NCBI GenBank assembly: GCA_001791325.1
Contig: MGEK01000004.1
Location: 8,566 to 72,565 of the forward strand
Reading direction: 5' to 3'
From: Candidatus Uhrbacteria bacterium RIFCSPLOWO2_01_FULL_47_25
GTDB taxonomy: Bacteria; Patescibacteriota; Patescibacteriia; GWA2-46-9
Length of the DNA stretch: 64,000 nt
Part shown: in pieces, positions 54,992 through 64,000 of the stretch
Layout of the letters: each line of letters opens with the position of its first letter
Numbering within the stretch: position 1 is the first letter of the stretch
Program-made: the position numbers and the translations under genes
Notes under the pieces: model-generated
The model's input: the letters and a program-made list of their open reading frames with translations, nothing else
What the model was told of the DNA's origin: nothing
Databases searched by the model: none

Positions 54992-56236
54992 CTAATTGGT
55001 AATTAAGCCCAGGCGACGTAAATCTTTGATAATAATTTTTGCCAGTGAACGGCGAACCGGATGAATAAAATCTAATAATTTATTTGGTGTTACCCACCGG
55101 AAATCAACCAATTCATGCTGGTCAACCTTGACAGTATCATTCTTGCCATCAAATTTCAAATAAAAAACAGTAACGCTCTGGCCGGCATAACCATGATAAA
55201 GTTTTCGCTTGGCGGTATCACTATCATTTTTAGACCAAATTTTTTGCCAACGGTATTTATATACGTCTGGTTTACTTTGCCCAATAATAGTTAAATTAGT
55301 AAGATTGAGCTCCTCTGCCATTTCTCTTAGCACGGCATTAGACGGCGTCTCATCCGGCTCCCGACCGCCTTGTGGAAATTGCCAATGATTGGGCACCCCA
55401 GCCCTTTCAACCAGAAGTATTTCTCCCTTTTTATTAATTATACAGCCGACCGTTAATGGTCTGTATTTGAATTTCATACTTAATAACCATCCTACCGTTT
55501 TTATCAAAAAAACGATAGTAGCTGTAAAAATTCTTCGCCAGCGACTGGGTGTATAAACGAAACGCCATGACCATTCTAATCCGATGCGTCTCATCCACCA
55601 AGGAGCTCTAACGACGCGATTGGCTAAATAATCAAGAGCGCCGCCCACCCCAATACCAACTTTAACGCTTGGACAGTAGGATAAAAATTTAGCTAACCAT
55701 TTTTCCTGCTGTCCATGTCCCAGGGCCACCACCAAAAAATCTGGTTTAACCTTATTTATGTGTTTGATTAGGCGGTCGTGCAGAGGATGATTAATTATAA
55801 AAATTTCACCCTTCATACTATAGACACCTCCTTTCGGTGGTTCGTTCGTACCGACTATGTTAATGCCATATTTAGCATGCACGTTTTTTGCCGCCTCTTT
55901 GGCCACACCATTCTCTCCGCCCAAAAAGAAAAATGACGTATCCTTTGGCACGCCAGCAAAGATCAAATTTAGAAAATCAGACCCCGTTACTCGTTCCTTT
56001 AAGCGATACCCGGCCAAGCGCAAAGCCAAGATTAAACCAAAACCGTCTACTAGCGCTAAATTAGCTCGCAGAAGAGCATCTCTGAAAGTTAAATCTTTAC
56101 TTGCTAAAACAACCATCTCTGGATTGGGAGTGACAATATAATGTTGTTTGCCGTCATTAAGAAATTTTTGTACTAATTTCAGCGCTTCATCTTGTGATAC
56201 GTTATCAACGGCTATGTTAAAACAATAAATCCGCAT
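54992..56236 (-). CDS. WecB/TagA/CpsF glycosyltransferase fused to a Nudix (RppH-like) domain
   Basis: TPNPEM; ERVTGSD; QEKW; GVGGA; RAP; GLEW; then WQFPQGG..ETP..A.LREMAEEL. Confidence 0.88.
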   Translation of the reverse strand: MRIYCFNIAVDNVSQDEALKLVQKFLNDGKQHYIVTPNPEMVVLASKDLTFRDALLRANLALVDGFGLILALRLAGYRLKERVTGSDFLNLIFAGVPKDTSFFFLGGENGVAKEAAKNVHAKYGINIVGTNEPPKGGVYSMKGEIFIINHPLHDRLIKHINKVKPDFLVVALGHGQQEKWLAKFLSYCPSVKVGIGVGGALDYLANRVVRAPWWMRRIGLEWSWRFVYTPSRWRRIFTATIVFLIKTVGWLLSMKFKYRPLTVGCIINKKGEILLVERAGVPNHWQFPQGGREPDETPSNAVLREMAEELNLTNLTIIGQSKPDVYKYRWQKIWSKNDSDTAKRKLYHGYAGQSVTVFYLKFDGKNDTVKVDQHELVDFRWVTPNKLLDFIHPVRRSLAKIIIKDLRRLGLITN

Positions 56237-56237
56237 A

Positions 56238-56786
56238 TCAGTTTAAACGTGCCGATTCAACGATACTGTAAATTGGGCCAGAAGCGCGTAATTTGCTTTC
56301 CATAAGATGAATTTCGTTAACTGACCAAGATATCGGTCTCGAAACATACCATTCGGTTGTCAGGGATTTTGTTTGCCGCAGGCGTCCAAGCGTGATATGA
56401 GGCACAAAACGTCGCTCATCTATAACAAAACCCAATGATTTTAGCTGATTAGATAGATTTTTATGCAGGGTATTCAAGACATGGCTCTTAATCTCTTCTA
56501 CGTTAATATACACAACTCTGGCGTTAGACGGTTGAGGAAAAGTCCCAAGACCCTTTAGTACCAATAAAAAAGGCCTTACCTTTATCGTACTCTCTTTTAT
56601 AATCTTAATAATCTCCGGCACTGTCCCCTCTTCCGTGTCGCCAAGAAAATGTAATGTTAGATGAGCTTGTTCAGGATTAACCCATTTAACATCATGGCCC
56701 GCCAACTTTTCCCATTCATGTTCTATCTCGCTGATAATCTTTTGGATAGTTATTGGCGACGGCACAGCAATAAAAAGACGTTTCAT
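56238..56786 (-). CDS. thpR: RNA 2',3'-cyclic phosphodiesterase (2H family)
   Basis: MKRLFIA; HLTLHFLG; PHITLGR; GPIY. Confidence 0.9.
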   Translation of the reverse strand: MKRLFIAVPSPITIQKIISEIEHEWEKLAGHDVKWVNPEQAHLTLHFLGDTEEGTVPEIIKIIKESTIKVRPFLLVLKGLGTFPQPSNARVVYINVEEIKSHVLNTLHKNLSNQLKSLGFVIDERRFVPHITLGRLRQTKSLTTEWYVSRPISWSVNEIHLMESKLRASGPIYSIVESARLN

Positions 56787-56836
56787 AATTCTGTTATTGT
56801 GATATATTTTTTTCATTTTGGCAAATCCAGGGATGC

Positions 56837-56865
56837 TTGACATCTATTTGGGCATTTGATAATCT
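56837..56865 (+). promoter_or_regulatory. Sigma70-like promoter for clpB
   Basis: TTGACA-17 bp-TAATCT with TG extension. Confidence 0.6.
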
Positions 56866-56869
56866 AGCA

Positions 56870-56896
56870 TTAGCACTCAAAGTATGAGAGTGCTAA
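56870..56896. promoter_or_regulatory. CIRCE operator (HrcA binding site)
   Basis: Perfect TTAGCACTC-N9-GAGTGCTAA upstream of clpB. Confidence 0.95.
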
Positions 56897-57101
56897 CCCC
56901 GCACCTTTCGGCGTTACGAACGCCAGTACTAAAGCATATTTTTCTTTATGACTTATTATAATACCTATTCAATTCAACCAAGCGTTAATGCCAGCGTTCG
57001 TCATGAAGGCCGTGGCCTTGCAGTTTCAGTTATTGATTCTTTGTGGTCACCCGCGCTAGTGCGGTCAAGCCAAAGAACGCTAACGCCGTAAAGGTGCGGG
57101 G
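56897..57101. mobile_element. 205-bp hairpin element between CIRCE and the clpB ATG
   Basis: ccccgcacctttcggcgtta/taacgccgtaaaggtgcgggg; flanks CTAA/TATG. Confidence 0.78.
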
Positions 57102-57102
57102 T

Positions 57103-59754
57103 ATGCCGGTGAATAATTTTACGACAAAATCACAAGAGGCTCTTCAGCGCGCTTATCAATTAGCCAGCGAGCGTAACCATCAGCAAATAGAACCATTGCA
57201 CCTGTTGGCGGCTCTGCTTAGTCAAGAAGAGGGCATTGTTTTGCCGGTTTTAAAGCAATTAGAGGGACCCACAGCGACGATCAAGGAGGCCATCGCGACA
57301 GCTTTGGAATCCTTGCCGCATGTTCAATCGGGGGGTCTTTTGCAGGTTTACTTGAGTCCAGAAATGGCAGAAGTCTTGAAGCGGGCGGACGTTGAAGCCG
57401 GTCGTCTTAATGATGAATTTATCAGTACTGAACATCTGTTTTTGGCTATCTCTGAGGTTTCAAGTTCAGCCGCCGATATATTGCGGCGTTTTAAAATATC
57501 CTACGATAAAATTCTGCAGGTTTTGGTAAGTGTGCGCGGCACGCAGCGTATCACTGACGCTGAACCAGAATCAAAGTTTCAGGCCATGGAAAAATACGCG
57601 CGCAACCTGACTGCTCTGGCTCGTCAAAAAAAGTTGGATCCGGTGATCGGCCGTGATGATGAAATACGCAGAGTCATGCAAGTTTTGTCTCGGCGCACAA
57701 AAAATAATCCGGTGCTAATTGGCGAAGCGGGCACGGGTAAAACCGCCATCGTAGAGGGCTTAGCTCAGCGTATCACCGACGGTGATGTTCCAGAATCGCT
57801 GAAAGACAAAGAATTAATCGCGCTTGACCTTGGTTCCGTGCTGGCTGGCGCCAAATTTCGCGGTGAATTTGAAGATAGATTGAAGGCCGTATTGAAAGAA
57901 ATCAGCAACGCCGCTGGCAAAGTAATTTTATTTATTGATGAACTTCATACGTTGGTTGGCGCCGGCGCGGCCGAAGGAGCGATTGACGCTTCTAACATGC
58001 TAAAGCCCCCCTTGGCGCGTGGCGAACTGCATGCTATTGGCGCCACGACCTTGAAGGAGTATCAAAAATATATTGAAAAAGATCCGGCTCTAGAGAGACG
58101 TTTCCAGCCGGTTTATGTGGGCGAGCCGACGTTGGAAGATACGATCGCTATCCTGCGCGGGATTAAAGAAAGATATGAAGTTCATCACGGCGTCCGCATC
58201 ACGGACGCGGCCATTATCGCAGCGGCCAATTTGTCGGCGCGCTATATAACGGATAGATTTCTTCCAGACAAAGCAATTGACCTGATTGATGAAGCTGCTT
58301 CGTCGCTTCGTATGGAAATTGACAGCATGCCAACAGAGCTAGATAAACTCAAACGGCGAATTATTCAATTGGAGATAGAAAAACAGGCCATGCTAAACGA
58401 AACGGACGCGTCTTCATTGGAGCGTCGTCGCACCCTAGAGACAGAATTAGCTTCTTTACAGGAGAAAAATAATCAATTGGCGGTTCATTGGAAAAACGAA
58501 AAGGAAGCAATCGGTAAAATACGTGAAGCCAAAAAGAAAATTAACGCTTTCAAACAAGAGGCCGATATTGCCGAGCGACAGGCACAGTTTCAGCGTGTGG
58601 CTGAAATACGCTATGGTCTAATTCCCGATTTAGAAAAGGAAGTGAAAAAACAAGAGAACAAGCTTCTCTCTATCCAAAAAGAAAGCGGACAAAGCATACT
58701 GAAGGAAGAAATCACAGAACGCGACATCGCCCTTGTGGTGGCGCGCTGGACAGGTATACCTGTCGCTAAAATGCTTGAGGAAGAAACTCAAAAACTTGCG
58801 CGTGCCGAAGAAGAGCTGGGCCGACGAGTAGTTGGTCAAGAACCCGCTATTATATCGGTCGCTAATGCGCTCAGGCGTTCACGCGTAGGCATTAGTGAAG
58901 AAAATAGGCCGATTGGTAGTTTTATGTTTGTTGGGCCAACTGGTGTTGGCAAAACAGAATTGGCTAAAGCTTTGGCAGAATTCATGTTTAATGACGAGCA
59001 AGCGTTGGTGCGCGTGGATATGTCCGAATACATGGAAAAGCACAGTGTGGCCAAATTAATTGGCTCGCCGCCAGGATATGTTGGCTATGAGGAAGGAGGA
59101 CAATTAACGGAAAAAATCAGGCGTCGACCATATGCCGTTATTTTATTTGATGAGATAGAAAAAGCGCATCCAGATGTATTTAATATACTCTTACAAATAC
59201 TTGATGATGGCCGCCTGACTGACGCCAAGGGTCGCGTTACTAATTTCAAAAACACCATTATTATTATGACTTCTAATCTTGGCAATCAGATTATTCAAGA
59301 ATACACTTTGGGGTTTGCTGCGGCCGCTAAAAGCGATACGATGGCAAGCAAAGAAGACGAAATGGAACAAAAAATTATGACTATCATTAAAGAGCATTTT
59401 AAGCCGGAATTCTTAAACCGCGTTGATGATATTATTGTTTTTCATCATTTAACAGAAAAGCATCTCAGAGAAATAGTTGAAAAACAGCTTATAAAGGTTC
59501 AGGAACGGCTGCAGGGCAAGGGCATAATGCTCAAATTTACCGAGCAGGCTAAAATATTATTAAGTAGGGAAGGTTTTAATCCAGAATATGGAGCTCGACT
59601 ACTAAAGCGAGCTATTCAAACTCATCTGCTCGACCCTTTGGCTAAAAAAATCGTTGAAGGAAAGATGCATGAAAATATGACCATAATTGTTGATAGTGAT
59701 GGTAAAAAAATTACGATCAAGGCAGAGAACAAAAAAGCCATGGCCAATATCTAA
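57103..59754 (+). CDS. clpB: ATP-dependent chaperone ClpB; start at ATG 57103
   Basis: Two AAA+ modules ([16 protein letters not shown]); M-domain; [13 protein letters not shown]. Confidence 0.97.
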   Translation: MPVNNFTTKSQEALQRAYQLASERNHQQIEPLHLLAALLSQEEGIVLPVLKQLEGPTATIKEAIATALESLPHVQSGGLLQVYLSPEMAEVLKRADVEAGRLNDEFISTEHLFLAISEVSSSAADILRRFKISYDKILQVLVSVRGTQRITDAEPESKFQAMEKYARNLTALARQKKLDPVIGRDDEIRRVMQVLSRRTKNNPVLIGEAGTGKTAIVEGLAQRITDGDVPESLKDKELIALDLGSVLAGAKFRGEFEDRLKAVLKEISNAAGKVILFIDELHTLVGAGAAEGAIDASNMLKPPLARGELHAIGATTLKEYQKYIEKDPALERRFQPVYVGEPTLEDTIAILRGIKERYEVHHGVRITDAAIIAAANLSARYITDRFLPDKAIDLIDEAASSLRMEIDSMPTELDKLKRRIIQLEIEKQAMLNETDASSLERRRTLETELASLQEKNNQLAVHWKNEKEAIGKIREAKKKINAFKQEADIAERQAQFQRVAEIRYGLIPDLEKEVKKQENKLLSIQKESGQSILKEEITERDIALVVARWTGIPVAKMLEEETQKLARAEEELGRRVVGQEPAIISVANALRRSRVGISEENRPIGSFMFVGPTGVGKTELAKALAEFMFNDEQALVRVDMSEYMEKHSVAKLIGSPPGYVGYEEGGQLTEKIRRRPYAVILFDEIEKAHPDVFNILLQILDDGRLTDAKGRVTNFKNTIIIMTSNLGNQIIQEYTLGFAAAAKSDTMASKEDEMEQKIMTIIKEHFKPEFLNRVDDIIVFHHLTEKHLREIVEKQLIKVQERLQGKGIMLKFTEQAKILLSREGFNPEYGARLLKRAIQTHLLDPLAKKIVEGKMHENMTIIVDSDGKKITIKAENKKAMANI

Positions 59755-59866
59755 CTCACGTGTCTTGAATTATTAACCGTCATGGCTTTATCCCTGCCGG
59801 CCGCCTACCTGCCGCAGGCAGGGTTGGTGCGGCGCCCGAGGCGGATGGCTTTCTCAAGGCGTGGGG
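59755..59866. mobile_element. Degenerate hairpin element at the clpB stop codon
   Basis: ctcacgtgtcttga/tcaaggcgtgggg; flanks CTAA/TAAA; nested cctacctgccgcaggcagg. Confidence 0.55.
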
Positions 59867-59906
59867 TAAATTTAACTTGGCAGGTGGCTTTTAATCAACT
59901 ATAATA

Positions 59907-61295
59907 TTGAGCATGAAAACCGGGATATATTATCTATTGATGTGCTTATTTATTTTTTCTGCAGCACTACATGGTGCGCAAGCGCAAGAATTGAATAATC
60001 ATACTCAAGCCAGGCCATTTAATCCAAATTTTATCATTGATGATTATGAATTTATCGACGTTAGTTCAATGTCGGTGGAAGCAATTAGAAGATTTCTTAA
60101 CAGCAAAAGCGGTATTTTAAAATCATATAGCGTAATTGACATAGACGGGGTAGAGCGCGATGCTGCAGAAATCATTGGACGCGCCGCCCTTAATTACTCT
60201 ATAAATCCAAAATTCATCCTTGCCCTCCTGCAAAGGGAACAAAGTTTAATTGAAGATTCCAATCCCTCCACTCGCGATCTTGATTGGGCTACGGGTTATG
60301 CGGTTTGCGATAGTTGCAGTACGGATGATCCGGGTATTCAAAAGTTTAAGGGCTTTGCCATTCAAGTTGATCGCGCCGCTTGGAGGCAACGATATTATTA
60401 TGAACATCCTTTTGAATTTGGGGTTCGCGTCGGCGGAACGAGTCTTATTGATAATACGCTTATCACGCCCGTCAACCAGGCAACGGCCAACCTTTACATT
60501 TACACGCCACATCTTAACGGAAACCGAAATTTTTGGACTATTTGGAATGATTATTTTTCTAGAAATTATCCCGACGGCACTATTCTAAAAGAGCGAGACA
60601 CTGACAATATCTGGCTTTTAACAAATGGGAAATTGCGATTAGTTACTTCGCGCGCCACTATGATGGCAGACTATGATCCTAATAAAATTATAATCGTTTC
60701 CACGAACGATATCATGCGTTATGACATTGGTGTCCCTATAAAATTTCCTAACTATTCACTCCTACGTTCGCCCCGGGGGACAGTTTACTTATTAGTGAAT
60801 GACGTTCGCCGAGGTATTACCTCGCGCGAAATATTCCGAGGCTTGGGTTTTAACCCAGAAGAAATCATTGATGCCTCATGGGAAGATCTAAACCTATATA
60901 GCGAGGGGGTACCAATCACTTCCACTGAAGCTCAACCGCTTGGAGAATTACTGCAAAATAAAATAACAGGCGGCGTTTATTACGTGGCTTATGGCGTACG
61001 TCATCCGATTAAATCACGAGAAATATTGCGCAATCGCTTCTCCCGCTATCCCATAAAACCTGTATCTCCAGAAATGTTGTCAAAATATTATCTTGGAGAT
61101 GCTGTAAAATTTAAGGACGGCGAGCTGGTAACTACGTCTGGTGAGACAACCGTTTACGTTATATCCAACGGACAAAAAAGACCAGTAGTATCAAGCGAAG
61201 TATTCACCGAGCTTGGCTACAGATGGTCTAATATTATCCATACGACTCCCGATGCTGTAGCAGTTCATCCTGATGGAGCGCCCATAACAGGTTAA
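59907..61295 (+). CDS. Secreted protein, putative cell-wall-related, with C-terminal repeats
   Basis: Signal peptide; INPKFILALLQREQSL; NQATANLYIYTPH; repeated VY.I....KR.I.S.E.F..LG units. Confidence 0.6.
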   Translation: MSMKTGIYYLLMCLFIFSAALHGAQAQELNNHTQARPFNPNFIIDDYEFIDVSSMSVEAIRRFLNSKSGILKSYSVIDIDGVERDAAEIIGRAALNYSINPKFILALLQREQSLIEDSNPSTRDLDWATGYAVCDSCSTDDPGIQKFKGFAIQVDRAAWRQRYYYEHPFEFGVRVGGTSLIDNTLITPVNQATANLYIYTPHLNGNRNFWTIWNDYFSRNYPDGTILKERDTDNIWLLTNGKLRLVTSRATMMADYDPNKIIIVSTNDIMRYDIGVPIKFPNYSLLRSPRGTVYLLVNDVRRGITSREIFRGLGFNPEEIIDASWEDLNLYSEGVPITSTEAQPLGELLQNKITGGVYYVAYGVRHPIKSREILRNRFSRYPIKPVSPEMLSKYYLGDAVKFKDGELVTTSGETTVYVISNGQKRPVVSSEVFTELGYRWSNIIHTTPDAVAVHPDGAPITG

Positions 61296-61306
61296 TCTAA
61301 ACATCT

Positions 61307-62113
61307 ATGGCTCTGGTTTTTGCTGCTATTGTTCCCCACTCACCTATTTTTATTCCCGATATCGGTAAAGATAACCTTGCGGAGCTTCAACATACTATTC
61401 AGGCCCTCCAACAAATCAGTAAACAACTAGTTATGGCTAGCCCAGAAACGATTATATGCATAACTAATCATCCCGTCGGTAAAGACAATTTAAACAATGC
61501 TCTCGTTTTTAATTTAAATTCACACTACCAAACAAATTTTGAAGAATTCGGCGAATATGGTAATACTTTTATGATTCCCGGAGACCCGGCTCTAACTTAT
61601 CATTTGAAGCATCGCTTTGATTCAGAGCGTGATAAATACCCTATCGCTGTGACCAGCGAACAAAAATTGGATGGCAGCATAAGCTCTCCGCTTTTTTATC
61701 TTTTGAAAGGACAGCCCAATATACATCTGGTGCCAATGAGCGACACCATAGAGGATGATCGTCCAGAATTTGTGCTTGGCGGGAGGCTGCGGCGACCTAT
61801 TTATCAGGAAAAAAAAAGAATTGGGCTTTTCGCTATAATGAACTTATCTCATCGCCTGAACGATAAATCTCCGGCTGGTTATTCGCCAAAAGCTAAATCG
61901 TTTGATCAACGCGTGATCGCGGCTATTACTAAGAATAAAGTTACTACACTTCTTCGCCTCAAGAAAGAAACCTTGCTGGAAGTCAAAGAATGTGCTGTGC
62001 GTCCCCTATTGTTATTGTTCGGTATATTGAAAAATACCAATTACACACCGGATTTATTATCTTATGAAAGTCCTTTTGGCATAGGCCACGCTGTAATAAA
62101 TCTTAAACTCTAA
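61307..62113 (+). CDS. Memo/LigB-fold protein (AmmeMemoRadiSam protein B-like)
   Basis: AAIVPHSP..IP.IG; LSHRL...SPAGY; EC; LSYESPFGIGH. Confidence 0.8.
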   Translation: MALVFAAIVPHSPIFIPDIGKDNLAELQHTIQALQQISKQLVMASPETIICITNHPVGKDNLNNALVFNLNSHYQTNFEEFGEYGNTFMIPGDPALTYHLKHRFDSERDKYPIAVTSEQKLDGSISSPLFYLLKGQPNIHLVPMSDTIEDDRPEFVLGGRLRRPIYQEKKRIGLFAIMNLSHRLNDKSPAGYSPKAKSFDQRVIAAITKNKVTTLLRLKKETLLEVKECAVRPLLLLFGILKNTNYTPDLLSYESPFGIGHAVINLKL

Positions 62114-62131
62114 TGTAGAAAACAGTGAGCT

Positions 62132-64000
62132 ATGTCAATCAGGCGTTCGTCTAATGATCAATTTGCCAGCATAGTTCCGTTAGTTTATATACCTCGCGGA
62201 TTTGATCAGGAGTTTATTTATCGCATACCACGAACAGTGGTAAACCCCGTTAGAGAACTGGCACGGGGCATTAGACCCAGTGCTCGTACTGGTAAATTAC
62301 ACCCCGCGGAATCCACCAGCTGGCGGAGTGGGGCATTCTCTAACGGGGTAAATATAGTCGCCGGTCAGCCGGTCACGGTTAATTTTCGCAAAAAAACAAT
62401 TCAAGGAATAGTGCGTCGCACGTTTAATAAGCCGGCATCTTTAAAAACAATACTAGATATTAAATCAGTACTTCCATATCTCCCGTTAACAAAGGGGCAA
62501 TTGGCGATCATAGATACATTAGAAAATTATTATGGCGCTAGCAGGACTTTAGCCTATAAGACGGTGGTTGTAAAATTCGCTATGAATCTAAGGTTGGAGC
62601 ATAAGCGATCTCATCAAAAAATTAAATATCCAGCGCTTACTGAAACAAATCAACAAACGCTCCTTTTACTTCTTCGGGCTAAACCCAAACTTACCATCAG
62701 CGGCGCGCTTTATGATCCGCGCCATTCTTTATTTATTGAGTATATACGCCAACGCATCAAAAACAAGGGCCAGATCCTTTTGCTTTTTCCAGATAATGAG
62801 TCAGCAGAAATTGTTAAAGAGTCTTATGAAAAATATTTTAATGAGGCCGCTTTGGTAATTTGGTCATCTCAAGCGCCTATTGGTCAGCTCAGTCGAGACT
62901 GGATGCGCATTAGCACGGGAGAGGCTAGCATCATATTAGCCACGCGGAGCGGGCCATTTTTACCATTTAAATCTTTGCGAGCGATCATCCTTTTTGATGA
63001 AGCCGACAATAATTATAAATCATGGGATCAACAGCCATATTACGATACAAGGCTACTTGCCGAAAAGTTATCGGAGACTGAACAAATACCTTTGCTGACA
63101 ACACGGCTTTTGCCGCCCTTACAATCACGTCACCAAGTGCTTAGTATAATTTCCAGAAAAAAAGCTGCTTTAGTAACTATTTTTGATCGTCAAACGCTTT
63201 ATAAAGAAAACCCCAAGGCTATTATCCCCGAAGAAGTAATGACCTTCATTGGAAAATCGTCGCCAAGCGAGCAGAGCTTGGTTTTTATTAATCGTCTCGG
63301 TTACGCGGCTCTTTTTTGTCGCGATTGCGGCTATATTTTTCGCTGCCAGAATTGCGATACACCGTTAATACATGTTTCAAACCAATCCAATGGAGCGAAT
63401 ATACGATGTTACAAATGCAGTCACGTTGCCATAACACCTGTCTTTTGTCCACAGTGTCGTTGTGTCCACCTGCGATATTTTGGCGTCGGAGTAGAAAGAA
63501 TACACGAAGAGTTAATTAAACAATTCCCCCATAAACGTATTCAACGCCTAGACCGCGCTTATTTAAAAACCGGCCCCAGTCTTCAGCAGTTGCTTGATAA
63601 TATTAGAAACCATCGCGTTGATATTACAATAGCTACCTCTATTATTCTGCCGCGTCTGTGGTCTTTACCTTTATTCAACACGACAGTGGTCTTACAGGCC
63701 GAAAGCTTATTTTTGACAACGGGTTGGCGGGCTTATGAAAATGGATTAACCGCTCTTCGTCAACTGCGAACAGCTACTAAAGGGCATTTTTACGTTGAAA
63801 CAAGTTTGCCCAATCATCCAGTGATTAAATCTTTGCAGTCAACAAATCTAAAAAACTTTTTCACTAGTGAGCTTGCTGAAAGAAAAAGATTTAACTATCC
63901 TCCATATTCCAGGTTGATCAAATTAATTGCCAAAAGAAGTGACGCTGGCATAAGCTCTAATGAAATTGGCAGATTGGGCAATATTGAAACGATTGAAATA
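62132..64000 (+). CDS. priA: Primosomal protein N', 3'-truncated by the window edge, with an in-frame 36-aa insertion
   Basis: Absent from the ORF track because it has no stop in the window. FIYRIP..GQPVTVNF..GIV; TRSGPFLP; FINRLGY; CRDC/CQNC Zn knuckles (in frame with ATG 62132); FNYPPY. Confidence 0.9.
   Translation, partial: MSIRRSSNDQFASIVPLVYIPRGFDQEFIYRIPRTVVNPVRELARGIRPSARTGKLHPAESTSWRSGAFSNGVNIVAGQPVTVNFRKKTIQGIVRRTFNKPASLKTILDIKSVLPYLPLTKGQLAIIDTLENYYGASRTLAYKTVVVKFAMNLRLEHKRSHQKIKYPALTETNQQTLLLLLRAKPKLTISGALYDPRHSLFIEYIRQRIKNKGQILLLFPDNESAEIVKESYEKYFNEAALVIWSSQAPIGQLSRDWMRISTGEASIILATRSGPFLPFKSLRAIILFDEADNNYKSWDQQPYYDTRLLAEKLSETEQIPLLTTRLLPPLQSRHQVLSIISRKKAALVTIFDRQTLYKENPKAIIPEEVMTFIGKSSPSEQSLVFINRLGYAALFCRDCGYIFRCQNCDTPLIHVSNQSNGANIRCYKCSHVAITPVFCPQCRCVHLRYFGVGVERIHEELIKQFPHKRIQRLDRAYLKTGPSLQQLLDNIRNHRVDITIATSIILPRLWSLPLFNTTVVLQAESLFLTTGWRAYENGLTALRQLRTATKGHFYVETSLPNHPVIKSLQSTNLKNFFTSELAERKRFNYPPYSRLIKLIAKRSDAGISSNEIGRLGNIETIEI
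62245..62348. mobile_element. Hairpin mini-element, subfamily B, in frame within priA
   Basis: ccccgttagagaa/ttctctaacgggg; TAAA duplicated; 104+4 = 108 bp. Confidence 0.88.

Noticed and set aside
56238-56786. thpR as the ligase for the split tRNAs
   Set aside because: A common housekeeping gene, 18 kb from the nearest nest; nothing in the sequence links them.
57043-57102. N-terminal extensions predicted for ClpB (also RecR 32923-32970 and ORF 3045-3185)
   Set aside because: The extensions are read from inserted hairpin elements; family-like sequence starts at the downstream ATG.
7543-62348. GTTAGA...TCTAAC ends as integron attC sites or cassettes
   Set aside because: Orientation is opposite to attC (RYYYAAC...GTTRRRY), the copies are dispersed, other subfamilies lack the motif, and there is no integrase.

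Overview
Chromosomal window of a small-genome bacterium, most likely Patescibacteria/CPR (inferred from gene content). Housekeeping genes: dnaX, metK, rplU, recR, dnaB, ftsEX, greA, lysS, serS, gltX, clpB with a CIRCE operator, and priA. It also holds a 24-kb surface-protein locus: a 4,556-aa adhesin-like protein, WxL-like and DUF916-like proteins, one dockerin and three cohesin-like proteins. Three features stand out. (1) Two 'Russian-doll' tRNA loci: tRNA-Gln(CTG) inside Gln inside Gln at 5486-5979, and tRNA-Thr(CGT) inside Thr inside Thr at 37885-38178. Each inner tRNA is carried by an inverted-repeat element inserted into a gene of the same isoacceptor. (2) A pervasive family of non-autonomous ~100-200 bp hairpin elements with CCCCG/TCCCG...CGGGG/CGGGA ends and 4-bp target duplications. 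They land on start and stop codons, in tRNA T-loops, and in frame inside priA and htrA. (3) Four-helix-bundle and GxxExxY genes bracketed by inverted short-repeat arrays; the four-helix-bundle cassettes are fused to surface proteins and their repeat arrays appear to supply the signal-peptide core. I found no transposase, integrase, CRISPR array or rRNA. All coordinates were counted by hand and all calls come from motif recognition, not database searches.
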